Assembly: GCF_009914755.1 (NCBI RefSeq)
Contig: NC_060929.1
Length of the DNA stretch: 64,000 nucleotides
Direction: 5' to 3' (one strand)
Origin: the human T2T-CHM13v2.0 reference genome, Homo sapiens
The position numbers were made by a program, and so were the translations under genes. The notes under the pieces were generated by a model. It was not told the DNA's origin and searched no databases. It was given only the letters and a program-made list of their open reading frames with translations. Below, in pieces: positions 1 through 17,278 of the stretch (the stretch's first letter is position 1; every line of letters begins with the position of its first letter).

Positions 1-217
1 GGAGTATTCATGCAGCCAACCACAACATCCACTGTGGAAATGGATCGTGTGCATAAAGAAACAGACTGAGGATCTATCTTCTAAAGAGATATTTTTCTAA
101 TTTTCTCTGAATCTTTTTTAAAGATACAGTGATCATAAAGTAACACTCAGCCTTTACTTGCCCCAAATGACTTCTGAAATCCAACATCAGATTTTACAAA
201 AATTACCTTTTTTTTAA

Positions 218-558
<341 letters not shown>

Positions 559-825
559 CTAAAATCCCATTTCAATACATGGATATATTTTTGTTGATAT
601 GTATACATATATACAAATAAAAAATCAGAGACTTCTTTTACTATCCACCCAAAATGTCACTCCTCTCCCTCAGAAGAGTAAACAATTTGGTGGGTAGAGT
701 ATTTGTATTAATTCACATACATAAATGTGTGTGTATACATATATACAACACACTCACATATACATATACATACACAACACACATACATACACTCATATCA
801 TACTATGCATATAATAAATATATTA

Positions 826-1388
<563 letters not shown>

Positions 1389-1484
1389 TCAATAAATACT
1401 GCTGTTCATGCCTCACTGCACCTGTGCCATTATTTATGTAGGACAGACACCTGAGCTAGAAATGGAATTAGTAGGTCAAGTAGT

Positions 1485-1697
1485 CAGGTTGAATGTCCCT
1501 TATCCAAAATGCTTGGGACCAGAAGTCTTTCAGAATTTGGAATATTTACACTATATTACTGGCTAAGGTTCCCTAATCCAAAAAAATCCAGAATGCTTCA
1601 GTGAGCATTGCCTTTGAGTATCATGTTGGCACTTTAAAAGTTTCAAATTTTAGAGTATTTCACATTTCAGATGTTTGGATTAGGAATATTCAACCAG
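1485..1697 (+). mobile_element. Tigger4a/MER46-like DNA transposon MITE
   Basis: Terminal inverted repeats CAGGTTGAATGTCCCT...GGAATATTCAACCAG; internal AAATGCTTGGGACCAGAAGT. Confidence 0.7.
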
Positions 1698-2357
1698 TAT
1701 CTACATTTTTAAACTTCAAGATGAGTTAAATCATACTTTCAAAGGCTGTACCAATTTACATCCTACCAGTAATATCTGAGATTGCACATTTCCCAACTTG
1801 GACATCTAATTTAAAGGCAAAAACCCAATATCCTGTTTTAAGGTACATCTTCCTTATTACTAGTGAGATTCAGCATCTTTTCTCAAGTTTATGGCCATCT
1901 GTTTTTTTTCTCTGAATTGGCTGTTAATTGGGTATTTTCTTGATCCACTGGAGCTCTTTATTAGTGGGTCTTAATCTTCTGATAAATGTTGACAATAGCT
2001 TATTCTAGCCAAATTAGAAGACTTCCACATGAAATAATCAGTTTCATTATCAGAATAATTAAAATCTTACACAATGAGAACAAGCAGCACATTCCTAGTA
2101 ATGTCATAAAATAAGGATTTGGTCAGTCATAAAAACTTGCTTCTTATCAACATCAAAGTTGAACACTCTTCTGAACAGAAAATAAATCACATTATAACTA
2201 TTATTCATAAGAAAAATAAAGTATCACAGAGAAAAAATAGCACAAAACTGAAGGTAAAAGGAAAGTGTGATAAAGAAGATAATTTACAGTTTCTTCTCCA
2301 GAAAAAGATACTGAAGAAACAATAATATCTGTGGCTATCACGATTTCCATAAACAAA

Positions 2358-3103
2358 TGTCAACCCAAATGAGAGACTGAGGCAAGAGTCTCAATGGGGA
2401 ATAATTAAGCCAGAGCTTGAGGGGCTGCTGAGAAACACACAAATCACAGAATCCTCTGTGGCTGGCGCTCCCAAAGAGGTTGCTCGGTATTTACCCATTT
2501 CTTTAAAGGGGAGAAGGCATGCAGGAAAAGGGGGCAGGTGGTGAGGCAAATGCAACATTCTCCTGAGATTTTAACTAGTGCCCAGTAAACTCCGCTATAA
2601 AAGAGATATGATAAACATTCAAAAAGGGAGTAAAGGAAGAGTTAATTATGTAGTCTCAGGGTAGGCAGAGAAATGACTGCTGTCCTGTCTTTGTTCTGCA
2701 CCTGGGAAGATAAGCTTGTAATGGGCATTGTCAGTGTGAAATGTAACAGACTGCAATTCCGTGGACAGGGAGCTAGACTTAGATTGCAGACCTAAAGTTA
2801 CAGCTGACATGTCCTTTTTTATGGGAAGATACACATCTTGAAAGGTTTAGGGACCAGCAGAGAATTTACTTATGAGCAATTTGAGGGCAGTCATCCGGGA
2901 TGCACGAGGCCTTCTGCCTTCTCCAGGGGTGTGGCTAATGCATAGCGCTTTGACACAAGGTTGGGAAGTCGCAGCTATCTACTGGGCAGGGGGGCAAGGT
3001 GCGAGGGGACAGCAGCAGTGTCACGTGACTGTCTCTCCAGTCTTAAGTTTCCATTTGGCATAAAGAGTTTGGGCAGTCCTGAGAGGGTTTATTTTCCTTT
3101 ACA
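2358..3103 (-). mobile_element. ERV1 MER4-group solo LTR
   Basis: TG...CA termini (TGTCAAC...TTTATTTTCCTTTACA); 4-bp TSD CAAA on both sides. Confidence 0.75.
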
Positions 3104-3139
3104 CAAACAAACAAAGAGTTCCATTTTCTCCCCACTCCT

Positions 3140-3453
<314 letters not shown>

Positions 3454-3553
3454 TGAAGACATGTGAAAGACTTCATGAGGAAATAGCCAACATTTTGTTT
3501 TCAGCAAATTCCTAAAACTGTACATTTTTTATGACTTTTTTTTTACACCATTT

Positions 3554-4142
3554 TGTCACAACAGAGACAAGATGTTTTGCTTGATAAAGACTGCATCCAA
3601 CCAGATAAGTAGATAAACAAGCACAGTCTTCAACTATCAGTCCTCACTGGAGGACTCTGTGGCCATAAAAAGGGTAGGTACGGTTCTAACTCGTGACAAG
3701 CACCTGGCATCTGCCCCGAAGGCTCTGCCCACATCAAAGACTGTTTCTTGCACAACCAACCAGATTAACCAGCCCAGACCAGGAAATTCTTTTTTTCTTT
3801 ATTGCTCTCCCTGGACTACTTCATTAACCCTTTTCCTATTCCCTTTCTCTTAATGTTAAATGTTATTTTGTTTGTTGCACAATGTTTAATCAGTAACATT
3901 TATATATTGACAGAGTATACGATTGTGTACGGTTTGCAATACTGACTGGCTGGTGCAGAGGCTGGAACCTGTGTGCCTGCAGATCTAATGAGTGGATGAG
4001 AAGTACTAAGAAGAATTGGCTCCCTGGGAACTCCACATAGCTGGTGGCTTTTGTAACTGAAATAGCATCAGTTAAGTCCAACATTATGGAAAGACACAAA
4101 TGTTCGTGGACCTGGTTACCTCTGACCTTGGCGTCACTCACA
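3554..4142 (+). mobile_element. ERV1-class LTR, family unassigned
   Basis: LTR-like sequence ending GGACCTGGTTACCTCTGACCTTGGCGTCACTCACA; 5' boundary uncertain. Confidence 0.45.
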
Positions 4143-4839
<697 letters not shown>

Positions 4840-5325
4840 AAGGCAAGGTCTTGCTGGGAAGGGCCAGGTGCATGCCAGACTTAGCAGTCAGGCCCCCATC
4901 CTGTAAGCAAGGGGAAAAGCACTACTGAAGCTAGAACACCTTTGGCTACAAAGTGGAAGACGTGGTGAAAGGGTACAGACTTGAGGCAAGGGGACAAGTT
5001 TGAAGGCCACTGGGAACAGGTGAAGAAGGTAACCCCAGGCAGAGAAACCAGAGATTCTGCAGGTAGAGCTCACAATTGGCAGGAGAGCACAGATGACAAG
5101 AATGAAGCACAAGAATGAGACAAAGCTGTTTTGTTTTCTTCTTTTTTTATGGCATTGCCGTTTGGGGTGGAGGGAGGGTGGAGGGCAGAGGACAGACAGC
5201 AGAAGTGAAGAACAAAGCAGGAGTTTGCTCTTTAACACCTTAGGGCATCACCAAGGGGTATCCCAGCGAGAACAGTCTGGTCTGGAAATTGCTTTAGAAC
5301 AGCAATTGGGGCTGGATACAGGAAG

Positions 5326-5779
5326 TGTCAGGCCTCTGAGCCTAAGCCAAGCCATCTCATCCCCTGTGACTTGCACGTATCCCCTGTGACTTGCACGTAT
5401 ACGCCCAGATGGCCTGAAGTAACTGAAGAATCACAAAAGAAGTGAAAAGGCCCTGCTCTGCCTTAACTGATGACATTCCACCATTGTGATTTGTTCCTGC
5501 CCCACCTTAACTGAGTGATTAACCCTGTGAATTTCCTTCTCCTGGCTCAGAAGCTCCCCCACTGAGCACCTTGTGACCCCCGCCCCTGCCCACCAGAGAA
5601 CAACCCCCTTTGACTGTAATTTTCCATTACCTTCCTAAATCCTATAAAACGGCCCCACCCCTATCTCCCTTCGCTGACTCTCTTTTCGGACTCAGCCCGC
5701 CTGCACCCAGGTGAAATAAACAGCCATGTTGCTCACACAAAGCCTGTTTGGTGGTCTCTTCACACCGACGCGCATGAAA
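5326..5779 (+). mobile_element. HERV-H solo LTR, LTR7 family (LTR7B/7Y-like U3)
   Basis: Starts TGTCAGGCCTCTGAG, ends CGCATGAAA; TATA-like CCTATAAAA and AATAAA; 5-bp target site duplication (TSD) GGAAG at 5321-5325 and 5780-5784. Confidence 0.95.
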
Positions 5780-6703
5780 GGAAGCACCCGCAGGCGGGTA
5801 ATGAGAAGTCAGTCACACAGGTGCTTTCTGGAGGAACCTCAATTTTTAGCTGTGTTTAAACATGAGTGATGAAACAGCATGGTTAAAATTTTCAGGTGCT
5901 GAAATATGGTAGGGGACACACACAAAAATGAATGTTTCAGAGAGTCTAACCCAAAACAAAAGTTACACCTGTATGAGTAGTGCCAGTAACGAGGAGGTAA
6001 TATTGCTTTGAATCTCTAAAAGCTACATTCATGGAGAAGCCATACCACTTCATTCATTAGGCTGTTTCATTTACACAGGATTTATTGCTCTAAAACATTC
6101 CCTAAATTATTTTCTTCCCCACCTTCTCTCTTCTACTCCATCAGCAACTCTAATTCCTGAACCACATCTTCCCCATAACACATGCACATTAGCACCTCTT
6201 TCATCTATACCAGCCCATCTTTCACCTTTAGACCTTCTCTGCCTCCCTACCTCTTTTTTCTTCCTCCAAAATCCATTTCAAGGAGAATGCTAACAGCAGC
6301 AGGCTGAGCCACCATCCCCAACAAATCCCCTCCCTTGTTTGCTTACTCCAGAATCTGGAATGCGGCCAGGGCCCTTTAAGGCTCATCACAGGGTGAGTAC
6401 ATTGACACTGTATATTCATCAAAAACAGGTAAACAACCCCCCTGCTCCAAATCCTAATCAAGACCTCCTTTATACTCTGTGGGTGACTTAGCACATTTAG
6501 TTTTCAGTATGTGGTAAGTATTTTTGGGCAAAGAACCTCCAAGGTGAACAAGCTAGCAGGATTCTGGCAAGGGGAATTTGCTCCGATTAAATATTTGCTG
6601 TTCCAAAGTCCACCCCATTTTTGGAAAAAGAAAAAATACATCACATACAAATTCCACACCACAGGGTGAAAGGAATGTGCCTGCTAAGGGTGTTACCTCT
6701 TAA

Positions 6704-7051
<348 letters not shown>

Positions 7052-7149
7052 CTGTATGTTGTTTCTATACAGACCCCTGAGAACAAGGCGTTTCCCTCCA
7101 ACCCTCAAAGCAACCAAACTCAAAGCCACAAACTATCAAGTAAGAATAA

Positions 7150-7345
7150 ACAGCTCATAAGACTTCCATTCCTAACTCCACTGCTAACTTGAGCTAGCTA
7201 CACACATACACACCCTGAGCCTCAGTTGTGCCATCTGTAAAATGAAACAATACCGACACCCATTTCATGGAGTTGCCTGAGAATTACATCAGATAACACC
7301 TGTGAAGTGCTTACCACGGTTCCTAACCCATAGTAGTCATTAAGT
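7150..7345 (+). mobile_element. MIR
   Basis: Core-like CTGAGCCTCAGTTGTGCCATCTGTAAAATG. Confidence 0.7.
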
Positions 7346-7380
7346 TAACTTCTTTAATTCTAAAGCACTATTATGTTATA

Positions 7381-7832
7381 TTTCATGCGCGTCCGTGTGA
7401 AGGGACCACCAAACAGGCTTTGTGTGAGCAATAAAAGCTTTTAATCACCTGGGTGCAGGCGGGCTGAGTCCGAAAAGAGAGTCAGCAAAGGGAGATAAGG
7501 GTGGGGCCGTTTTATAAGATTTGGGCAGGTAAAGGAAAATTACAGTCAAAGGGGGTTCGTTCTCTGGTGGGCAGGAATGGGAGTCGCAAGGTGCTCAGTG
7601 GGGGAGCTTTTTGACCCCGGATGAGTCAGGAAAAGGACTTTCACAAGGTAATGTCATCACTTAAGGCAAGGACCGGCCATTTACACTTCTTTTGTGGTGG
7701 AATGTCATCAGTTAAGGCGGGGCAGGGCACATTCACTTCTTTTGTGATTCTTCAGTTACTTCAGGCCATCTGGGCATATACCTGCAAGTCACAGGGGATG
7801 CGATAGCTTGGCTTGGGCTCAGAGGCCTGACA
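7381..7832 (-). mobile_element. HERV-H solo LTR, LTR7
   Basis: Reverse complement of LTR7 (TTTCATGCGCG...AGAGGCCTGACA); two CACAAAAGAAGTG U3 repeats; 5-bp TSD TTATA at 7376-7380 and 7833-7837. Confidence 0.95.
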
Positions 7833-7984
7833 TTATATAAAAATAATTTCGGGGAAGAGACTCAGGTACATTACATGATCCACAAACTAATGCATTCCGA
7901 TTTAAACATGGTGGGAAACTGAACATCTTAGAATTAGTAGATGCTCTATTCACTTTACCAAAGGATCTACTACCTTTGGATTGA

Positions 7985-8316
<332 letters not shown>

Positions 8317-8752
8317 TGTCAGTAAGGTGAATCTTTCCTTGGTACATTTATATTAGAACTGAGGTCCAAAAAATAGCACTCACTACTTGTCCTTCAGAGA
8401 CCTAGCCACCATCCAGAAGAAAGCATTCTGAACTCACAAATTAGGAAAAACATTTCCAAAACATGAAAACAAGTAATAAACTCAACAAGATGCAAGGGAG
8501 AAGAAAATTCACGTAATTTTGTTTACACAGGAGAGATGCTAGCTATGTCCCTAAAACAACTTCAATCCCAGGCAAATAAACAACAAAAAAGCTACAGGAA
8601 GACCTACAGGTCTAATTGGCCAGGGGCCCAGATGCTACAAACATAGAAAACATGTATAAGTTTTGGGAGTGGCTTCTTAAGAAATGGAGAGGAAGTAGGT
8701 GAAAGTTGTAGTTGTGTAATCGTGTTACTTGAGATTAGAAAATGCAATATTA

Positions 8753-9071
<319 letters not shown>

Positions 9072-9881
9072 TTAGCAAAGCTAATTATTCTTACATTTCA
9101 TTATATTAATATCAAATTTCAAAGAAAGCTTTGGGCAGCTCCACATGAGGGATAAATTAGGTTCACAAAAACTAGAAGAACTAGATTTGCAAGTTCTGTT
9201 TAATATCCCTCACTTGAAAATGCATTTCAGAACCTAGAATGTCTCCCAGTCTGCCTTTCCCTTTTCTGATATTCCACTCATCTTCAAACTTTCCAGGATA
9301 GTTTGTTTTTCTCCATGAAGTACTTCCAGGGTCCACCACACTGATGACTTCCTGTTATTGGTCAGTGGACAACAGCCATGAAATGGGAAACACTAAAATC
9401 AGCTTCCCTCTTTCCTTACACAGCCTCTTGGCAACCAAAGCTCATTTCTCAGTAAGTGATTGCCTTTGAGGCCCTTTGGGGGATCTGGGGCTATTTAATA
9501 AACAATAACAACAACCAGTACTGGCTTCTCTTTTCTTTGGGTTATCTGAGCATTTTTAATAGAAAAATCTACATTGTATCATTATTAAAAGCCAAAAGAT
9601 GAATGAAAATTAATCTCAAAAAGCATGCAAAGACTGAGAATGCGAGTTCACAGCTCCTCCTCCACCATGAATATTTTGTCAGAATCAAACAGTCACAGAT
9701 AGGATTAAGCAGCCAGAAAGCAACTCTAAGCAAACCGTTATACAATAAGCTCCAAAGGAGACAACTCCCAGAAGACTGACTAATTAATTACTATGGGAAG
9801 AAGGGCTCCTCCACAGATGCAGAACAGGATTCAACTCATTTCAATCTCCATTGAGAGAATTAGGTAAAACTGAAGGCAGAA

Positions 9882-10199
<318 letters not shown>

Positions 10200-10482
10200 T
10201 TATTCTCAATTTTATTTGCACTTATATAAGCAAAACAATTATATATTTTACTGCCAAAATGTGTAAATTACAATAAAAATACAAATAACCCAGTGTCCTT
10301 GCCCATCAATGCCTCAATTCTAACTTGATTGCTTCCCTAGAGGTGCCACTGTCCCCAGGTGTGAGTGGATCTTTCTAGACCCTTTGCTGTGCCATTATTC
10401 TACATTCATTATGTCTTGGAGGTTGCTGTATGTTTAACAGATAAATCTATTTGCATCTTCTTACATACTACATAGAATTCTA

Positions 10483-10825
10483 GGCTGGGCCCAGTGGCCC
10501 ACACCTGTAATCTGAGCACTTTGAGAGGCCAAGGCAGGAGGATCACTTGAGCCCCGGAGTTCAAGACCAGCCTGGGCAGCACAGTGAGAGACCCCGTCTC
10601 TACAAAAAGTAAAAAAATTGGCCAGGCATAGTGGTGCACGCCTGTAGTCCCAGTTACTCAGGAGGCTGGGGTAGGAGCATCTCTTGAGCCCAAGAGTTTA
10701 GGAGACTGAGGTGGGAGGATCACTTCAGCCCAGAAGGTTGAGGCTGCAGTGAGCCATGATCGCGCCACTGCACTGCAGCCTAGCCAACACAGCAAAACCC
10801 TGTCTCAGAAAAATAGATAAAAATT
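10483..10825 (+). mobile_element. AluJ with an internal right-arm duplication
   Basis: TSD TAGAATTCTA; repeated GGAG..CTTGAGCCC segment at about 10660-10735. Confidence 0.85.
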
Positions 10826-11581
10826 TAGAATTCTACAATCTGATTGACTCTAATTTAGTTTGTTATCCTGCTGATAGGCATTTAGTTTTTTTCTGATTTT
10901 TTCTCACTATTATAAATAATGTACAATGGATATCATCCTTATTATGTGTATCTCTCTGTTCACATGTAAAGTGTTGAGAAGGACAGAAGCTAAAGTCAGC
11001 TTTATGACAGAAGTCATAAAGTTAGTACATTTAAAATTTGAACGGATACTGCCAAACTCTCCATAAGAAGGGTTTTGGAAACTCTGGAATTAGGGGTAAT
11101 AGAGCAGAAGAGAGGAGGAGTGGAGGTGCCGGCAAGAGAGGCAGAGCTGGGGACACACCATCTCTCAGCCAGGTACTCCTGTGCTGCCCCGGCAAGGTCA
11201 ACATGTCAATCTTCCAGATTCCTGAGGGCCTTTGTAAGCAATGCCCCTACAACCAAAGCCGGGAAGAGAGTGAATAGGACCCTCTGAGCCAAAGACACAA
11301 ATCTATTTCTAACTCAAGACAACTTAAAACCACAGCTACGGAGGTCTGAACTTTCGTTTCGGCTAGAAAATACGGCTATGGCCCCACACAGAATACAGGG
11401 TCTAACAGAAGACACTGTGCTGCCCTGAGGTGAACACGGCTGATGGAAAGATATCTCTTGAACATAGAAATGTGAAATTTCTATAAAGAGAGGACTAAAT
11501 GCTGAAACATGCAGGTCTTTCTATTCTAACCATTTAGAGAAAACACATGCTTATAGTCTAAGTGAGCCTCAAATCTGCTAG

Positions 11582-12280
<699 letters not shown>

Positions 12281-12856
12281 AATTTGTAAAAATCCAGTGA
12301 ATTTAGAGTTTGCATGTATAATCTTCATTCCGTACTATATGTTACATGACATACACATGTATTACAGCCTAGAGTTTGAGCATCCACGCACTCATTCCCA
12401 ACTACTATGTGCAGGTATTGCTCTAAACTAGGGGGATACGAGCTGTGAATAAAACAGTTTAAAAGTTCATGCTAAAAAGAGCTAACGTTCTACTAGTGAA
12501 ATGCTGTATGCACAAAACTATGCTCTACTTGATGGATATTTGAAGTATTTTCATGGTTAATTCGGACTAGTCATGATGTTTGCCTTAGGCAGGACATTAG
12601 GACCTAATGTTCCCCAAAAGATAGGACTCTACACCAAACCTATAACCTCAAGATTTGAGAGCCCCATTACCTGTTCCCCAGTTCTAGTGATGGGAACCAG
12701 TACATGGCAGACATTTAAGTTTCCGGCCCCAGCATCTTTCTTATATCAGACCTGGAATTGAATGATGGTGCCCAGCAGCTGGGGAACTAGGGTGCCCAGA
12801 CCCTCATTTTCTCCAACCCCACTTCTTCCTGGATCACCAAAATGCTTGGTTTGGAT

Positions 12857-13216
12857 TGTTAAAGTTTAGGAGAGGCCATTGTTTTTGACTCCTGCACTAG
12901 GCCCCAGCAGACCAGACCGAACCAAAATGAAGCCACTTGTACTAAGTGCCACTGAATTTGGGGGCCAGTTTTCTTTAAAAACAAAAACCAAAAAAAAAAA
13001 CCACTGAAAGATTCTAGTCAATGTGAGTCTGCCTAATAAGGAAATCCTCTGTTTTAACCTTTTGTTCTGTTTCTGCTTTTTTTCAAGCCTTTTCTGCCTA
13101 TAAAGACACCCTCCTCTGCTCAGCTAACTGGAACAGTCGTTCTACTTCACATTCTAGAATCACAAATAAAATCCAATTCAACTTTCCAACTAAATTTGTA
13201 ATTTCGTCCTTTGACA
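12857..13216 (+). mobile_element. ERV1 solo LTR (LTR26/MER72-like)
   Basis: TGTTAAAG...GGAGAGGCCATTG...CCTGCACTAGGCCCC start; TATAAA, AATAAA; ends CTTTGACA; near-TSD GGAT/GAAT. Confidence 0.65.
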
Positions 13217-13236
13217 GAATATATAAAAAGATGACT

Positions 13237-13363
13237 GGCTGGGCACAGTGGCTTACACCTATAATCCCAGCACTTTGGAAGGCTGAGGCAGGAGGATCGT
13301 TGCTTTGAGCCTAGGAGTTTGAGACCAGCCTGGGCAACATAGGGAGACTCCATCTCTACAAAA

Positions 13364-13395
<32 letters not shown>

Positions 13396-13572
13396 TAGCC
13401 AGGCATCGTGGTGCACATCTATGGTCCCGGTTACTCAGCAGGCTGAAGCAGGGAATCACTTGAGCCCCAGAGGTTAAGCCTGCAGTGAGCCATGATCGTG
13501 CCACCACATTCCAGCCTGGGCAACAGGGCAAGGCCCTGTCTCTAAAAAAAAAAAAAGAAAGAAAAAAAAAAA
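13237..13572 (+). mobile_element. AluJ
   Basis: Dimer with expanded A linker and tail. Confidence 0.9.
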
Positions 13573-13845
13573 GACTTTTTTTTTTTTAACTTGTAAACAA
13601 TTTGCCATTTATTCCAAAATGCCATATAGACATAATTACTATTAAACATGTCATACTAATTTATTGCCACATTATTCTTACCTAGTCTACCCACTATGTG
13701 GTTCATACAGCCTAGTCAGTTACCTGCAACTTAAGCAAGAACTCTGGTACTCTGAGCACAATGTTCAGGTCACTGACGTTTCCCTTTTGAGAGAGATGGG
13801 AGAATAACTGCACATAACGCATATAAGACCATGGAGGGTCTAACA

Positions 13846-14056
13846 CAGGAGTCAGCCAACGACAGCCAGTGGGTCAAATCCAGCTAGCCTCCTAGTTTTA
13901 TTGGAACATAGCCACACTGGTTGGCTGGCCATGCCATTGGCTGGCATATTGTTTTGGCTGCTTTTGCACTACAAAGGCGAGAGCTGCTACAGAGACCACA
14001 GGGCCTCCAGTGTGTACTAGCTGGCTCTTTGTAAGAAAAGTCTGCCCCACCCCTGC
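13846..14056. mobile_element. MER58-like hAT MITE
   Basis: CAGGAGTCAGCCAAC...AAAGTCTGCCCCACCCCTG termini; TTTTATTGGAACATAGCCAC core. Confidence 0.65.
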
Positions 14057-16868
14057 GCTACTAGGAAGAATAGATGAGGAGTTGTGGCTAACTGTTAACT
14101 GCCTAAGTACAAATGCACATTTCAAAAGCAAGTGACAACTGGTGATAACTTACTCTACAAATCAAGAGCCAAAAGAGCAGCTCCTTTGGGCTGCGGTCCA
14201 GCTGTCCCAACCCTCCGCTCCTGCCTTCTCCCATGAGACTCTTCCCTTCCTCAGGGCTGTCCTCAAATGGAACTTGGGCCTTAAGTGAATCAAACTGTGT
14301 ATCTCCCATATGTCATTTTTTTTTTTTTAGCAGAAAATAAAGTACCTTAATTTATCCACCCACAGAAAGTTTTTCAGATGGGGTGGGAAGGAATGGAGAG
14401 AGAATGTGTCTATGAGCTTCCAGCGCTCATCTCTGCGGCTCAGAAGCCATCAATAGCTCGAACAGAAAACGTCCTCACATCTGTCACACAAACACACCCC
14501 ATGGAACCAAAAATAAACCCCACACTGATGAAAGCCAGCATGTCGAAAGATAATTTTAGATCTATTTGAAGACTGCAGAGACTGTCTCGCTGAAATTTTA
14601 AAACCACACCACCAGAATACCCAACCCCTTATGATTATGCTCAGCCCTGATGAGGAGGCAAAAACACTTCATTCCATTTTATAAACCTCCCAGGCACCTC
14701 AGCTCTGTCTCTAGAATGGGGAGAGAGCATTCCTGAGTTACCACGTGACTCCGAAGGTCAGCCGAGTCACATCTGAGCCAACACCACTGTCCAATATTCA
14801 CTAATGGAGTTCACATATTTTTAGCTTTCAGACATACACAGTCTAGCATCACAGGCTCCTTCCAGACACACTTGCCAAACTGCTCTCTTTTCCCCTACCT
14901 GAGGGCCAGCTCTATGGGGACAATAACTGTGTGTTACTCAGTGTCTCTGAAATCCCCAGCACCTTTCAGAGTGCTCGCCACTTGCATCTGAAAGAATGAC
15001 AGCTAGGCAATTTTTTAAACTTTTGAAGAATGAGCTCGGATTACAGTTTAATCAAGTCACAGAATCATCCTATTAAATTTCTATGCAGAGTAAGTATCAA
15101 GATTCAGCCATTCACAATATCTATGCATTGTTTCCTGTTCCCATCGCTCTGAGGCTACTTTTTCTTCCATTCTTCGTTGTGCCATTTCTCTGTTCTCTCC
15201 AGCCCCATGTTTATGATGGCTGACAATGCTCATTTCCAAAGCTTTTGTCTGTTCTATTTATCTGCAGGCTACTCCGAGGCCCTGTCTGTGGACAGTTGCT
15301 TAACAGACGCTTTAGATGACTACAGAAAAAAACGTGTTAGGAAAACTTTCATTCTCACATCTTATCATTCTCTCTCGTCCATAGCCAGACCAATCCTAAA
15401 AGAGATCCAGCTGACACCTGGTGCTCCCGCAAACGTGCAGGTAATGGATCCTCACAGACCAAGGACAGTATGTATTGTTTCCAATTTCCTGCCTCCTGGC
15501 AAGCTCATTATTACTGGACCAGGATCAAACCTCTTTGTCCTTGGTTCAGGCTCAAAAAAAGACTCTCAGCAGAATATCCATTAGTTCAAATTGCTGCCTC
15601 CAGTACAAAACGATTTCCCACCACTACTTCCCGACATCCACTTGTATGGGGAAGGATAAGGCCCAGCAATGACAGCTGAGGCATAGGAGGGTACAGGGAC
15701 TCCTTGCTTTCTCTCACATGTTATCTCCGGATGAAATTTAGACCAAAAGATAAAACCGTTTGGAAACATATGTCTCCAGAGTCATCCTAACTTGGAGGGG
15801 AGGGAACTCAGAGGATTTAAGAGGCAAAACCTCAAAGCCAGCTCCCCAGAGGAAAATTCTAAAAGGTCATGGTGAGAATTTTCCCTCAGTTCTACAATGG
15901 GCTTGAGGTTCGATGGTCCCAACCCACTTTTAATCTCAAAAACTTCCTCCTTGATAACTTGACACATAAGGTACAACAGTACCATGAACTCAGTTGCTAC
16001 GCAGAAAGAGAACTTTTGAAAAGCACTCCATCTCAGCTGGATTTTAAAAAAGCATTCCAGAATCAAAGAACTGGGTCAGCAATATTTTCTTGTTATTGTT
16101 AATTTGACACTTGTTCTGACACAAAAGCATATAAGCGGAGAATGGAGAGAGTTCTACTTGAGGCTTCAATGTGCCTATGCCAGCCCCTGATGCAGGTCTC
16201 AGGTACAGTGTGCTCTGAACATTCAACCAGTAAATATCAAAGGAAAATCAAGAGCCAGACTCTCCAGCTTCAGCATGAAGACCTGTCATTTTACATTGGG
16301 ACAAACTGCACAGTATTTTGGATCAAAGCGGAATATTTTTCACTGATGATGTTTGTTTTAAAAAGATGGTTATACCAAACACAACCTGAAAACAAGTTCT
16401 ATTTTACATGTAAAGCCACTGAATAAATAAATACTAGTTTTGTGGCTACCTCTGTTTTCTACTTCAGAATAACAGTCATCCCTTGAGCTCAGCTTTTGGT
16501 CATCACAACAGGAAGCAGGCAGATGGGAAATGTAACTAAGCTAAGATCGCTGCTGAGGGCCCCAGGCAGCGCTATTTCCAAAAGTAATACTTCTTACCAC
16601 TGGGCCCAGAAGAAAGTCTAGAAAGCGGAGGAAGGATATGCTTGATAAAAGGCATTTAACTGTGACTTCTGTGAATATCTGACCAACAAGCAAACCTAGT
16701 TGCACAAACAGGAGATGCACTGGCCAGGCGACCAGCAGCCCTGGGTTCTAATCCCAGATATACCTGGTGTCTCAGTTCTGACAAGCCACTTCACTTCCTG
16801 GGCCACAGCTCCTCACCTGTCAAACGACAGGTTTGTTAAGATGACCACTTAGGACTTTTCTGCTTTTA

Positions 16869-17278
<410 letters not shown>

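Noticed and set aside
13544-13587. A run followed by a T run (hairpin or terminator-like)
   Set aside because: An Alu tail abutting a T homopolymer; low complexity, and bacterial-type terminators do not apply here.
15177-16426. Cluster of overlapping ORFs in unique sequence, possible processed pseudogene
   Set aside because: No recognisable protein, poly(A) tail or TSD; a BLASTX search would be needed to exclude it fully.
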